A DNA stretch of 64,000 nt from contig OZ024742.1 in assembly GCA_964016885.1 (NCBI GenBank), positions 2,418,001 through 2,482,000 on the forward strand, in the 5' to 3' direction. How positions within the stretch are numbered: the first letter of the stretch is position 1; every line of letters starts with the position of its first letter. Shown here one piece after another: positions 42,614 to 55,962 of the stretch. The position numbers were made by a program, and so were the translations under genes. The notes beneath the pieces are model-generated. The model was not told where the DNA came from. It made no database searches and saw only the letters and a program-made list of their open reading frames with translations. Source of the stretch: Eledone cirrhosa. Its lineage: Eukaryota.

Positions 42614-42721
42614 TGCTCTGATGAATAGGCTGGTTATAACAAAATATTGGTGATCGATTGACGCAAAAACAGGCGGGTAGCGAACTCTAGACCTACCAGT
42701 TCAGAGAAACAATTGTCAGCA
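42614..42721 (+). ncRNA. Type I hammerhead motif with enlarged stem II, family G
   Basis: TGCT-CTGATGA-[81 nt incl. GCTGGT/ACCAGT]-GAAA-CAATTG-TC-AGCA, in a TA-flanked insert ~42604-42945. Confidence 0.65.
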
Positions 42722-42944
42722 ATGTGAATAAAGCCCTTATTGTATAGCAAACCATGTCACTCTTCTTTCTTGATTTATTATTACTCCAAGTGTAAACTAC
42801 ATAGAATCACCGCGTACTCGCAGCATCACTATGGAAACGTCTTGTTGAGTCAAACTCAGCCAAGCGTTGATACTATCCACTACTCGGAGTACCCTAACTG
42901 GACTACACCTAAGTGGACTACCTATAACAATAATTTGTTATCCC

Positions 42945-43010
<66 letters not shown>

Positions 43011-43477
43011 AGTATCATAAATAAGACATTTATTTTGTACATTTTATTACAGCATTCCTTTATATGTATATATATATATATATGTATCTATATATATACA
43101 TATATATATATATATATTATATATATATATATGCATATATATATATACCTTTGGTTCAATATATAGTGAAAGAGTATAAACATAACCTGGAATAAATAGA
43201 ATAATTAGCCACATCAATACACAAAAGAAAAACTTTACTACTACTACTACTACTACTACAGAACATGAAAGGTAATGAATATACATATTGAATTATTTGT
43301 TAAAATATAGTTTGTATCACTTATTTTAGCAGAAGCCTTACAATTGCTTCTATTTTTAACTTTGAAATATTTTCCGTAAATAAATGATGCTTCACCATCT
43401 CAAATTACATACGTTTCGCTATCAGTGCATCTCAGTAGAGATCTGTGAGTTTGTAAACATATGTGTTATTGTCTTGA

Positions 43478-43581
<104 letters not shown>

Positions 43582-43676
43582 AATATCTACATATATATAT
43601 ATAAATATTTGTGTCTGTGTGTCTATGTGGTGTATTGTGTGAATATATATGTGCATCGCTCTCCCTATCTCTCCCT

Positions 43677-43773
<97 letters not shown>

Positions 43774-43797
43774 GTACACATACATACATACATACAT

Positions 43798-45810
43798 AAA
43801 AATAATGAAATATTACGTGTTATTGACGAAATAGGGGATGAATATTTACGACGGATAAAAACCCCAACATTTTGGCAAATCACCGCCTGTTTATATGCCT
43901 TGGCAACGACAGTGAAGCATTATCTTGGTGATAGCAGAGATATTAACAAGAACAAAACACCACCAAAAATACCATCATATATAACTAAAATAGAAAAAAA
44001 GATTGCTGACCTACGAAAAAAAAAAAAAGGACATGTGACAATGCTCCTTACATGCAAACAAACACAAAAAACCTCTCCAATATAAGCTGATCACCCTCAA
44101 ACAAGAACTGAGAGCTGTTAGCGAAAAACGCCGATACCCGAAGAAGGTAGATGAGAGAAAAGCGCTTAATAAAAGATTCAGACGAAACCAAACATCAGTC
44201 TATAGAGATATGAAGGGCAAAATAATAGGTGTCACTGAGACCCCATCCCAGAAAGACATAGATTCCTTTTGGAGCAAAATATGGGGTGAAAAGAAGAATC
44301 TCAACCTGATGTATAAGATGTATACAGCCTGCCTCAACCTATTCCTCCAAGATCACTGTGAAAATAATAACATCATCACAGATGAACAAGCAACTGGAAA
44401 GAAAGAGGTTTGGGGATGTGCTGAACAACTCCTAATCAACAAAACTGCGATGTCGGAGGTGCGACAACTCAGGAGGAATATGACTACAGTCTGGCTGGAC
44501 TACAGGAAAGCTTTTGATTCTGTTCCCCACTCTTGGGTGATAGAGGCCCTCCAACTTGCTAAAGTCCCAGACATTATTGTCAGAGCCATAGAGAGTCTGT
44601 CTTCTTCTTGGGCTACTATCCTAAGGTTAAAGACAGAGAGGGAGGACTCTATTTTCACTGATAAAATAAAATATTGCAGGGGTATATTTCAGGGGGACAG
44701 TCTCTCTGTGATATTATTCATCTTGTCATTAAACTCCTTGTCCTTTCTGCTCAAGAAATGCGAGGGATACATCATTGGCTCACAGGAGGACAGAAATACG
44801 AACCTAACCCATAATTTATTTGTGGAAAATCTGAAACTTTATGCCAAGAACATGAATGGGATGAAGAAAAATCTTGACCTGGTTACAACGTTCTCAAAGG
44901 ATATCGGAATGGAGTTTGGCCAAGATAAATGCTCATACATGACTGTAAAGCGGGGAAAAACAACAACCAATCTAGCAACATTGTCATCAATAGCCTAACT
45001 GTTTCACCGATATCTGATGAGGACTGCTACAGATACCTGGGGATAGATGAGAACATATCCTATAATGGTATCTGTAATAAAGAACGCGTAACCAAGGAAT
45101 ACTAAACCCGATTAAGAAAGATCTGGTCATCAGAACTCTCTGCGCAAAACAAAACAGTGGCTCACAATGTGTTTGCTGTGCCTGTCCTAACACCAACGTT
45201 TGGAATACTCAATTGGACGATAGACGAAATCCGAGCAGTTGATGTTGGAACTCGAAAAATACTGAACAACACCGGAAACTTCCACATCAACAGTGTCATA
45301 GACCGCCTTTACTTGAAACGTAAGCAGGGAGGCAGAGGCCTAACATCAGTCCAGACAACATTTGAATGTCGCATTATATCTCTCCACAACATCTACGAAC
45401 CTCGAGGCGTAGGAACCCGTTTCTCGAGCAAGTCTACCTGCATGAAACAGATAAGATCATGAGAGTTGGGAAGGAACTCCTTGAGAGATATTCCCTGTGT
45501 GATAATCCAAAACTCACACCCAGGGATGTCGCTCAGCAGTATCGCAGTGAATCCATGGATGAAAAACTGCATGCCTATCAGCAAAAAATCATGCATGGAT
45601 ATGTGGCCAGGAAGCTCCAGAGTGAGAGTAATATAGATAAGGAAAGTAGTCTATCTTGGACCAACAACCGCTTTATTGGCTCCCACTTTGAAGGATACGC
45701 TTTTGCAATCCAGGAACAGTAGATTAGCACGAAATACCTGATTCACAAAAGAGATAGGGATGCAGGCAAAACACCTAGTTGTGATAACAAGTGCAGACTC
45801 TTTGGACAGC
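43798..45810 (+). pseudogene. Degenerate non-LTR retrotransposon RT (R4/Dong-like, RLE group)
   Basis: GCAEQLLINK, WLDYRKAFDSVPHSW, RGIFQGDSLS, HNLFVENLKLYAK (DD lost), DIGMEFGQDKC, YRYLGI, RLYLKRKQGGRGL; frameshifts and stops. Confidence 0.85.
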
Positions 45811-46385
45811 TGCTGATGACATGGGTGATATCCTCGATGTTAGTTCTGCATAGTCTGCACTTGTTATCACATCTAGGTATTTTGCCTGCATCCCTATCTC
45901 TTTTGTGAATCAAGTATTTCGTGTTAATCTCCTGTTCTTAAATGTATGTATGTATGTATGTCGATATGTATGTATATTATTAATGGATTGATGGTTAGAT
46001 GGGTCCACAACACAGAATGTGAGTGTGTTGCGTTGACAAATATTATTAAGGAAAGTTCAGAAACCCGGATAGTTTTATATATTTTGTTACGACAATATTT
46101 ATGACATTTCCAGAATCATCCCTTCGTCACAGCCTGGACATATTACTTCGTTGTTCTCATTTTTTAACGTTCACAAATATTCTGTTTCTAATGAAAGTTT
46201 TTTCCGTGAAATGCCAGGCTCCTTTTCTCTCCACGACAGACAAAGAACATCCAATTTCTACAAACTTTATCTATAAGGTTATCCCGACATCTATCTATTT
46301 ACTACTAAAACTCTGATCTTGGTTGGTTGGTTGCTTGCTTGCTTGCACACACTTTCTCTATATATATATATTCATATTTGTGTAT

Positions 46386-46900
46386 ATACAGGTTGTCCCC
46401 ACAAAAATGTATACACACTTTGATTACCTGTACAGGCAATATATATATTAGAATGGTGTATACATTTTTAGGGACACCGGTATATATATATATATATGGT
46501 GTCCCGGAAAAATGGATACACACTTTGATTACCTGTACAGGCAATATATATATTAGAATGGTGTATACATTTTTAGGGACCCCGGTATATATATATGGTG
46601 TCCCCGAAAAATGTATACACACTTTGATTACCTGTACAGGCAATATATATATATTAGAATGGTGTATACATTTTTAGGGACCCCGGTATATATATATATG
46701 GTGTCCCCGAAAAATGTATACACACTTTGATTACCTGTACAGGCAATATATATATTAGAATGATGTATACATTTTTAGGGACCCCGGTATATATATATAT
46801 ATATATATATATATGGTGTCCCCGAAAAATGTATACACACTTTGATTACCTGTACAGGCAATATATATATTAGAATGGTGTATACATTTTTAGGGACCCA
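46386..46900 (+). repeat. Short outlying block of the 88-bp + (TA)n satellite
   Basis: Same unit as 53918-64000; first unit begins TA-CAGGTTGTCCCC. Confidence 0.9.
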
Positions 46901-48052
46901 GGGGGGAAGAAAAAAAATGGCTTCCCTTGTGCTTTCAACAAATTTATTTTCTTCACAAAATCCCAGAAGAATTTTTTTCCGGATTAGAAAAAAAATTTTT
47001 TCTCTTAAAAAAAATTATTTTATAAATTAAGTAGTTGGTTGTTGGTTAGGAGTTCTTGGTTAACGTAGGAGGTGTTGTTTCGTTTTTAGAACGACCTTTC
47101 ACGCTGAGGTGCGCTTGTCAAACTGATGTGTATGTGGTGTGTTGTTCTATATATAGGGATTTAACATGTCTGTGGTGTGGTGGGGTTTTTTTTCTCCCCC
47201 TTTAATAAGTGTCGGGGTGTAGGTGTGTATATATGTATATTTAGTTATGTATCTTTATGTGTGTATATGTATGTATATGTATGATGTATGTATGTGTATA
47301 TATATATGTATATATATACCCATGTGGAGGTATGAGTACATATTCGTGTGTACGTATGTGTATATGTGTTTTTATATGTGTCTTTATATGTTTTTATGTA
47401 TGTATGTGGATGTATATGTACATGGGTGTGTGATTGATGGTGTGTGCCTATATATTCCTACATATTCCCGTGTGTGTATGTACGTATATACGCACATATG
47501 TGTGTGTTGAACAAAGGACTAATTTTGGGATGGACGTAGAAAAATTCTTGAGAAAAAATAATTGTTTACAAGCCTGCAGGTGCGGTTTGCCTATGACCAT
47601 TCTCAACACAAAGGAATACTAAAAGCTTTTTCCCCTGAATAAAGGAATTTTTCGAGAATGACCGGGGCAGGCCGCACTTGTTACATTTCTCCCCACCCAA
47701 ACCCTACTCACCGTCTCAACTCATTACTGCTATTAACACTTTTTCAACACACCTATACCCTACACTTATTAAAGGGGGAGAAAAAAACCCCCACCACACC
47801 ACAGACATGTTAAATCCCTATATATAGAACAACACACCACATACACATCAGTTTGACAAGCGCACCTCAGCGTGAAAGGTCGTTCTAAAAACGAAACAAT
47901 ACCTCACCAACAACCAACAACTTAATTTATAAAATAATTTTTTTTAAGAAAAACATTTTTTCTAATCCGGAAAAAAATTCTTTTTGGATTTTGTGAAGAA
48001 AATAAATTTGTTGAAAGCACAAGTGAAGCCATTTTTTCTTCCCCCCCTGTCT
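46900..48052. mobile_element. Fold-back insertion with ~300-bp inverted arms, interrupting the satellite
   Basis: Arms ~46900-47225 and ~47755-48050. Confidence 0.75.
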
Positions 48053-48096
48053 TAATATATATATATATATATGGTGTATACATTTTTAGGGACCCC

Positions 48097-48150
<54 letters not shown>

Positions 48151-48244
48151 GGAGGTGAGTTTTATTGTAGTACAATAAAGCAATGATATGTTGATTTAAA
48201 ACTGCACTATCAACAAGTGTTTTTTTAGCCTTCATACCATGTTC

Positions 48245-48315
48245 TGTTTTATCTGATGAAAACACAAATATTATTGCTTGATGATGTTTGTTTTTGAAAT
48301 GCGCATAATAAAATA
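48245..48315 (+). ncRNA. Type I hammerhead ribozyme motif, family C, in a ~200-bp mini-insert
   Basis: TGTTTTAT-CTGATGA-AAACACAAATA...TGTTTGTTTTT-GAAA-TGCGCA-TA-ATAAAATA. Confidence 0.78.
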
Positions 48316-48345
48316 TATGGAACTCCTTTAACCATCTTTTGATCT

Positions 48346-48408
<63 letters not shown>

Positions 48409-48679
48409 GGAGGTGAGTTTTATTGTAGTACAATAAAGCAATGCAGATATCGGAGAAGAAGCAGTCTACAGTTTGTAGGACTGGAGTATACATAATATAT
48501 AAGATCAAAAGATGGTTAAATGAGTTCCATGTATTTTATTATGCGCATGTGTATACATTTTTCCGGGACACCATATATATATATATATACCGGTGTCCCT
48601 AAAAATGTATACACTATTCTAACATATATATATTGCCTGTACAGGTAATCAATGTGTGTATACATTTTTCGGGGACACC

Positions 48680-48724
<45 letters not shown>

Positions 48725-49267
48725 TTTACTTACTTAAATTTTCACTCCAACTAATTAGTTTCTGCAATGGGATAAAGACAGTTACGTAATCCAACTGTCG
48801 AGAATTCATTGCGTCATCAGGGAGTCTATTCTCAGCTGAGTCTCCAGGCAATGCGCGGACACTGGCGGCTCATATAAAAATAATAATAATTCGGTAGATA
48901 GAACAGCTAGCGAGGACTGGATTCCATGTACTGAAATTCTCACTGCTTCTAGTCAAATGGCCGATTCTAAAGAATCAATCACGTGACACAGAGGCTAGTT
49001 AGACGGAATGGGATGGTAAGATGACTGACGCCTACTAACACCCCAAAAAATTTAGAAGTGGTTTTGGCAGGTTTGCTCGACAAATCAGTGATTTGGAGAT
49101 AAATATAGATAATTTGATATATCAACTAGCATAAGCGCACAGATGGACGTCCATGCCAGCAAATACACAGGTTATGTCATAGTACCTAGGTGGTTCAATG
49201 CAGGAGGAAGCAGAACAATAATATAAAAGACGTAAAATAAGAAAATATTTTATTTTCTTATTTTACG

Positions 49268-49322
<55 letters not shown>

Positions 49323-49350
49323 ATTAAAAGATGGTTAGATGAGTTCCATG

Positions 49351-49421
49351 TATTTTATTATGCGCATTTCAAAAACAAATATCATCATGCAATAACATTT
49401 GTGTTTTCATCAGATAAAATA
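49351..49421 (-). ncRNA. Type I hammerhead ribozyme motif, family C (inverted pLTR)
   Basis: Reverse complement of 52971-53041. Confidence 0.82.
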
Positions 49422-50329
49422 GGAAGACATGATATGAAGGTTAAAAACACTTGTGGATAGTGCAATTTTAAATCAACATATGAAAAGTAGTTTTAGATTG
49501 ATGTGTGATATTGGGGGGAAAAAATGTTTGAGGAGGGGGGGGAAAGGACGAAAAAGAGGAGGAGATGAGAGTAAAAAGTGGAGGGGGAGGAGTATAATGA
49601 GGAAGGATGGGATAGTAGGAGAGATGGGTGATAGAGAGAGAGAGAGATAGCTTTTATAACTGAGAAAAATATATTGTTTTACATAGAGAGGTTGAAAAAC
49701 CGTTGGAAGATAATGTATAAATTAAAAGAATTTGAAAATTAACGAAGAGAAAAATAATGTAAAGTTAAGGTTTGTATATTGAAGGGTTTAATAATATGGG
49801 CGATGAAACGAAATTGTTAATATGTATTAAGAATAATATTTAGGGTTTAATAATATGTGCGATGGAAAGAAAATGTTGATATGTATTATTAAAAAAAACA
49901 AAAGTAATGTAAGTAAGGATATATTGTGAGATGAGCATGAATAAGTTAGATGAAAGTGAGAAAAAAATAATGAATAGAGGATGAATAATCTAACGTCAAA
50001 AAAAAAATGTTTATGTTTACGAAGGATTTTTTTAAGGTGATATAAAGTAAGAATATATTGTATTGTGTAATAATTGTTTCAATGTTAGGCACAGTGAGAA
50101 AAGGTACAGATTATGGGTTAGAAATTAAAAGAAAAAGAAAAGAAAAGGAAAAGGAAGAAAGGGAAGTTATAAATAGGAGTGATATAGAATATAATAAATA
50201 ACTTTGAAATAAGGTAGAAAGATGGGTATATTTTTAAAGAAGTATATATATATACATATATATATGTGCCTTTGAGAAAAGGATTCTGAATTGATAAAGT
50301 TTAGGATATTAGCTGTATACTAAAATGTT

Positions 50330-52115
50330 TTAGTCCACTCTGACAAAACCAATAATTTATATGGTATTTCCAAGGATTATTATAACAACCTTATCCTAAA
50401 GGAACTTAGGAAAAAATATCCTAAAACCAACCATAATAATTTAGAATCCATAAACTTTGAAGCCTCTGAGATTATGTCAAAACTTGGCATCGGAAAAAAG
50501 ACCGAACCATTCCTCCCATGAACTCCGAGGATAAAACACAAGGATCACAAAAACAATTTTCGCACTAAACTACCTGTTAGATTATCGCCCCCTCTAAATC
50601 AGATCTGGGGATTGTTAGTAAAGCCATCTTGGATAGAATTATCCCACAGGTTCATTCTAATTGCTCTTCTTTGAACTTAAATTTATGGTTTGGTACTTCT
50701 GAAGTGATTGGCTGGTTCAACAAATTGAATAATAAAAACAAACTAAAATTTGTTCAATTTGATATTGCCAGCTACTATTCTTCTATTTCGCCTTCACTTC
50801 TCAACAATGCTCTATCTTTCGCATTTAAATATTCTGACATCACCACAGATGAACTTCACATCATTCTCACCTCACGTAAAACCATCCTTGAGTTCAACAA
50901 TGAATATTGGACCAGAGCTGATACCTCTAACAACTTCGACATCACAATGGGAGCATCCGATTCATCCCAATTGACAGATTTAATTGGTATCTTTATTTTG
51001 AACTCTTTGAGTCGGAAAATTCCTCAACTTCGCGGTGGAATTTATCGTGACGATGGACTCTTTACTATCTTAAATTGCAACATAGTTAACCTTAATATTA
51101 TTAAGAACAATATACGTAATCTCTTTAACCAACATAACCTAAAAATTGAATTTGATAACAGCATCAAACTAGCTAATTTCTTGGATGTATCTCTTAATCT
51201 TGACACTGGCCTATATTACCCTTACCATAAAAACAATGAGAACCTAAATTATGTTAATTTTAAATCTAACCATCCTACTAATATTAAGAATGCTATAGTT
51301 AGTAATATTGGAAAAAGAATATCTAACCTATCTTCTAATAAAAACATCTTCGATGCTAACGCCAATTACTATAATAACGCGCTTTCTAAAGCCGGCTATC
51401 CTGATAAAATCAAATATAATAAAGAAACAAATTCTAGAAGATCTTACAGTAGAATAATTAATCATGATCATTCCAATAACTTTAATAAAAGACCTAGATA
51501 CAAAAACATAATCTGGTATAATGCTCCTTTCTCCATCTCTATTAATAATAATATTCCTAAATTATTCTTTAGTGCCTTAAATAAATGCTTCCCTCCCTCA
51601 CATATCTATAGTAAAATATTTAACAAACACACTATAAAATTTTCCTATTCGACATCCTCCAACATTTCCAACATTATCTCTAAACACAACAAACAATAAA
51701 ATACTAAATACTAAATCTCTTCCTTCCAACACTGAATATCATAATAATAGTAATAGTACTCCCGACGTCACTGTAAACTCTAGGCTAATTTCTGCAAACC
51801 CAAATACAACGTCAAACACAACTTCGCTAAATGTTCTGAATCCCATTCTAAATCAAGAAACTATTATTCCTATCACAAATAACTTCTCAAATCCAATTCC
51901 TTCTATAGATAACACTAGGTCACTCGTTAATAATCTCTCTAATCGCAATTGCAATTGCCCTGCTAAACAGTTCTCTATCCAAGACTTGCAATCTCTGTCT
52001 AAATGAAAAAATTACCATTATATCTAGTTTAGATTCTATAATAAATAGACGCACTGACTTGTTTTCTATCTGCTTGCATAAATTCAACAGAACTTTCCAT
52101 AAAGTATACAGCTAA
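50330..52115 (+). pseudogene. PLE reverse transcriptase relic (longest open part 50629-51699); GIY-YIG core deleted
   Basis: KDHKNNF, PSKSDLGIVSKAILD, FDIASYYSSI, ITMGASDSSQLTDL, IYRDDGL, FLDVSLNL, YVNFKSNHP, IIWYNAPFS; then NCNC joined almost directly to TCNLCLNEK...CLH; stop 52113-52115. Confidence 0.92.
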
Positions 52116-52161
52116 TATCCTAAACTTTATCAATTCAGAATCCTTTTTCTCAAAGGCACAA

Positions 52162-52207
<46 letters not shown>

Positions 52208-52970
52208 TTCTTTAAAAATATACCCATCTTTCTACCTTATTTCAAAGTTATTTATTATATTCTATATCACTCCTATTTATAACTTCCCTTTCTTCCTTTT
52301 CCTTTTCTTTTCTTTTTCTTTTAATTTCTAACCCCTAATCTGTACCTCTTCTCACTGTGCCTAACATTGAAACAATTATTACACAATACAATATATTCTT
52401 ACTTTATATCACCTTAAAAAAATCCTTCGTAACCATAAACATTTTTTTTTGACGTTAGATTATTCATCCTCTATTCATTATTTTTTTCTCACTTTCATCT
52501 AACTTATTCATGCTCATCTCACAATATATCCTTACTTACATTACTTTTGTTTTTTTTTAATAATACATATAAACATTTTCTTTTCATCGCACATATTATT
52601 AAACCCTTCAATATACAAACCTTAACTTTACATTATTTTTCTCTTCGTTAATTTTCAAATTCTTTTAATTTATACATTATCTTCCAACGGTTTTTCAACC
52701 TCTCTATGTAAAACAATATATTTTTCTCAGTTATAAAAGCTATCTCTCTCTCTCTCTATCACCCATCTCTCCTACTATCCCATCCTTCCTCATTATACTC
52801 CTCCCCCTCCACTTTTTACTCTCATCTCCTCCACTTTTTCATCCTTTCCACCCCCCCTCCTCAAACATTTTTTTCCCCCAATATCACACATCAATCTAAA
52901 ACTACTTTTCATATGTTGATTTAAAACTGCACTATCCACAAGTGTTTTTAACCTTCATATCATGTCTTCC

Positions 52971-53041
52971 TATTTTATCTGATGAAAACACAAATGTTAT
53001 TGCATGATGATATTTGTTTTTGAAATGCGCATAATAAAATA
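52971..53041 (+). ncRNA. Type I hammerhead ribozyme motif, family C (3' pLTR)
   Basis: TATTTTAT-CTGATGA-AAACACAAAT...ATTTGTTTTT-GAAA-TGCGCA-TA-ATAAAATA; 8-bp stem I, palindromic ATGCGCAT stem III. Confidence 0.85.
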
Positions 53042-53067
53042 CATGGAACTCATTTAACCATCTTTTG

Positions 53068-53159
<92 letters not shown>

Positions 53160-53165
<6 letters not shown>

Positions 53166-53419
53166 AAAGAATAGAGGTGTAACACTCAAGTTATTATATA
53201 TTGGTAAACAGAATAGAAAATGCTGACAAATTGTTCACAGTTGAAAAATGGTTTAATTAGGAATAAAAGAGTATTAGTAATTGTATGGGTTAGTATTCAG
53301 TTGTGGTTTTAAGTTTTTAAGTTTTTACCGGTTGCGCATTTCTAAATGCTTTTCAAAAATAATTTTAATAGCCATTTGACACACATCCCTGCTAACCATT
53401 ATCACAACATCGAACACCT

Positions 53420-53512
<93 letters not shown>

Positions 53513-53866
53513 ACACACACACACACACATATTTGTTGTGAAGGAGTCATTTCTCAGTCTTGGCGCAAAATCAATTTTTATTCACATGACCTCTACCGAC
53601 CAATCAAAATTGTTTTGACCACTGGAGCCACTTTTTTAATATAAAAACAGGTAGAATTTCCAAAACTAATCAGATCAGAGCAAACAACACGGACACTCTA
53701 TCTCAAAATTATTTTTGAAAAGCATTTAGAAATGCGCAACCGGTAAAAACTTAAAAACTTAAAACCACAACTGAATACTAACCCATACAATCACTAGTAC
53801 TCTTTTATTCCTAATTAAACCATTTTTCAACTGTGAACAATTTGTCAGCATTTTCTATTTCGTTTA

Positions 53867-53872
<6 letters not shown>
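53160..53872. mobile_element. Fold-back insertion in (TA)n with ~180-bp inverted arms around an (ACT)n/(CA)n spacer
   Basis: Arms ~53197-53366 and ~53705-53872. Confidence 0.7.
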
Positions 53873-53908
<36 letters not shown>

Positions 53909-55962
53909 TATATATATGGTGTCCCCGAAAAATGTATACACACATTGATTACCTGTACAGGCAATATATATATTAGAATAGTGTATACATTTTTATGGAC
54001 GCCGGTATATATATATATATGGTGTCCCGGAAAAATGTATACACCCTTTGATTACCTGTATAGGCAATATATATATTAGAATGGTGTATACATTTTTAGG
54101 GACCCCGGTATATAAATATATATATATATGCTGTCCCCGAAAAATGTATACACACTTTGATTTCCTGTACAAGCAATATATATATTAGAATGGTGTATAC
54201 ATTTTTAGGGACCCCGGTATATATATATATATATATGGTGTCCCGGAAAAATGTGTACACACTTTGATTACCTGTACAGGCAATATATATATTAAAATGG
54301 TATATACATTTTTAGGGACCCCGGTATATATATATATATGGTGTCCCCGAAAAATGTAAACACACTTTGATTACCTGTACAGGCAATATATATATTAGAA
54401 TGGTGTATACATTTTTAGGGACCCCAATATATATATATATGGTATCCCCGAAAAATGTATACACACTTTGATTACTTGTACAGGCAATATATATATTAGA
54501 ATGGTGTATACATTTTTAGGGACCCCGGTATATATATATGGTGTCCCCGAAAAATGTATACACACTTTGATTACCTGTATAGGCAATATATATATTAGAA
54601 TGGTGCATACATTTTTAGAGACCCCGGTATACATATATATATATATATATATGGTGTCCCCGAAAAATGTATAAACACCTTGATTACCTGTACAGGCAAT
54701 ATATATATTAGAATGGTGTATACATTTTTAGGGACACCGGTATATATATATGGTGTCCCCAAAAAATGTATACACACTTTGATTACCTGTACAGGCAATA
54801 TATATATTAGAATGGTGTATACATTTTTAGAGACCCCAGTATATATATATATGGTGTCCCGGAAAAATGTATACACACTTTGATTACCTGTACAGGCAAT
54901 ATATATATTAGAATGGTGTATACATTTTTAGGGACCCCGGTATATATATATAAATATATGGTGTCCCGGAAAAATGTATACGCACTTTGATTACCTGTAC
55001 AGGCAATATATATATTAGAATGGTGTATACATTTTTAGGGACCCCGGTATATATATATATATATATATATATATGGTGACCCGGAAAATGTATACACACT
55101 TTGATTATTTGTACAGGCAATATATATATTAGAATGGTGTATACATTTTTAGGGACCCCGGTATATATATATATGGTGTCCCCGAAAAATGTATAAACAC
55201 CTCGATTACCTGTATAGGCAATATATATATTAGAATGGTGTATACATTTTTAGGGACACCGGTATATATATATGGTGTCCCCAAAAAATGTATACACACT
55301 TTGATTACCTGTACAGGCAATATATATATTAGAATGGTGTATACATTTTTAGGGACCCCGGTATATATATATATATATATATATATATGGTGTCCCGGAA
55401 AAATGTATACACACTTTGATTACCTGTACAGGCAATATATATATTAGAATGGTGTATACATTTTTAGGGACCCCAGTATATATATATATGGTGTCCCGGA
55501 AAAATGTATACACACTTTGATTACCTGTACAGGCAATATATATATTAGAATGGTGTATACATTTTTAGGGACCCCGGTATATATATATATAAATATATGG
55601 TGTCCCGGAAAAATGTATACGCACTTTGATTACCTGTACAGGCAATATATATATTAGAATGGTGTATATATTTTTAGGGACCCCGGTATATATATATATA
55701 TATATATATATGGTGACCCGGAAAAATGTATACACACTTTGATTACCTGTACAGGCAATATATATATTAGAATGGTGTATACATTTTTAGGGACCCCGGT
55801 ATATATATATATATGGTGTCCCCGAAAAATGTATACACACTTTGATTACTTGTACAGGCAATATATATATTAGAATGGTGTATACATTTTTAGGGACCCC
55901 GGTATATATATATATGGTGTCCCCGAAAAATGTATAAACACTTTGATTACCTGTATAGGCAA

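Larger units (their letters stand above)
49321..53073 (+). mobile_element. Penelope-like retroelement (Naiad-like), 5'-truncated, with ~1-kb inverted pLTRs, in (TA)n
   Basis: Arms ~49321-50321 and ~52103-53073 enclose an RT relic; a hammerhead near each outer end; TA runs on both sides. Confidence 0.92.

Noticed and set aside
47850-47890. TTGACAA-GCGC ACCTCA GCGT-GAAA motif (mirror near 47085-47125)
   Set aside because: Variant core and stem II present, but no stem I pairing; at best a decayed ribozyme
48790-48830. Minus-strand CTGATGA in a TA-bounded insert
   Set aside because: No properly placed GAAA or stem III
50519-50521. In-frame TGA upstream of the PLE RT as possible selenocysteine
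   Set aside because: Not at an evident conserved Cys position, no SECIS identified, and the copy has frameshifts; more simply a nonsense mutation
53705-53745. TTGAAAA-GCATTTA-GAAA-TGCGCA motif
   Set aside because: No stem II, no UH site, no stem I
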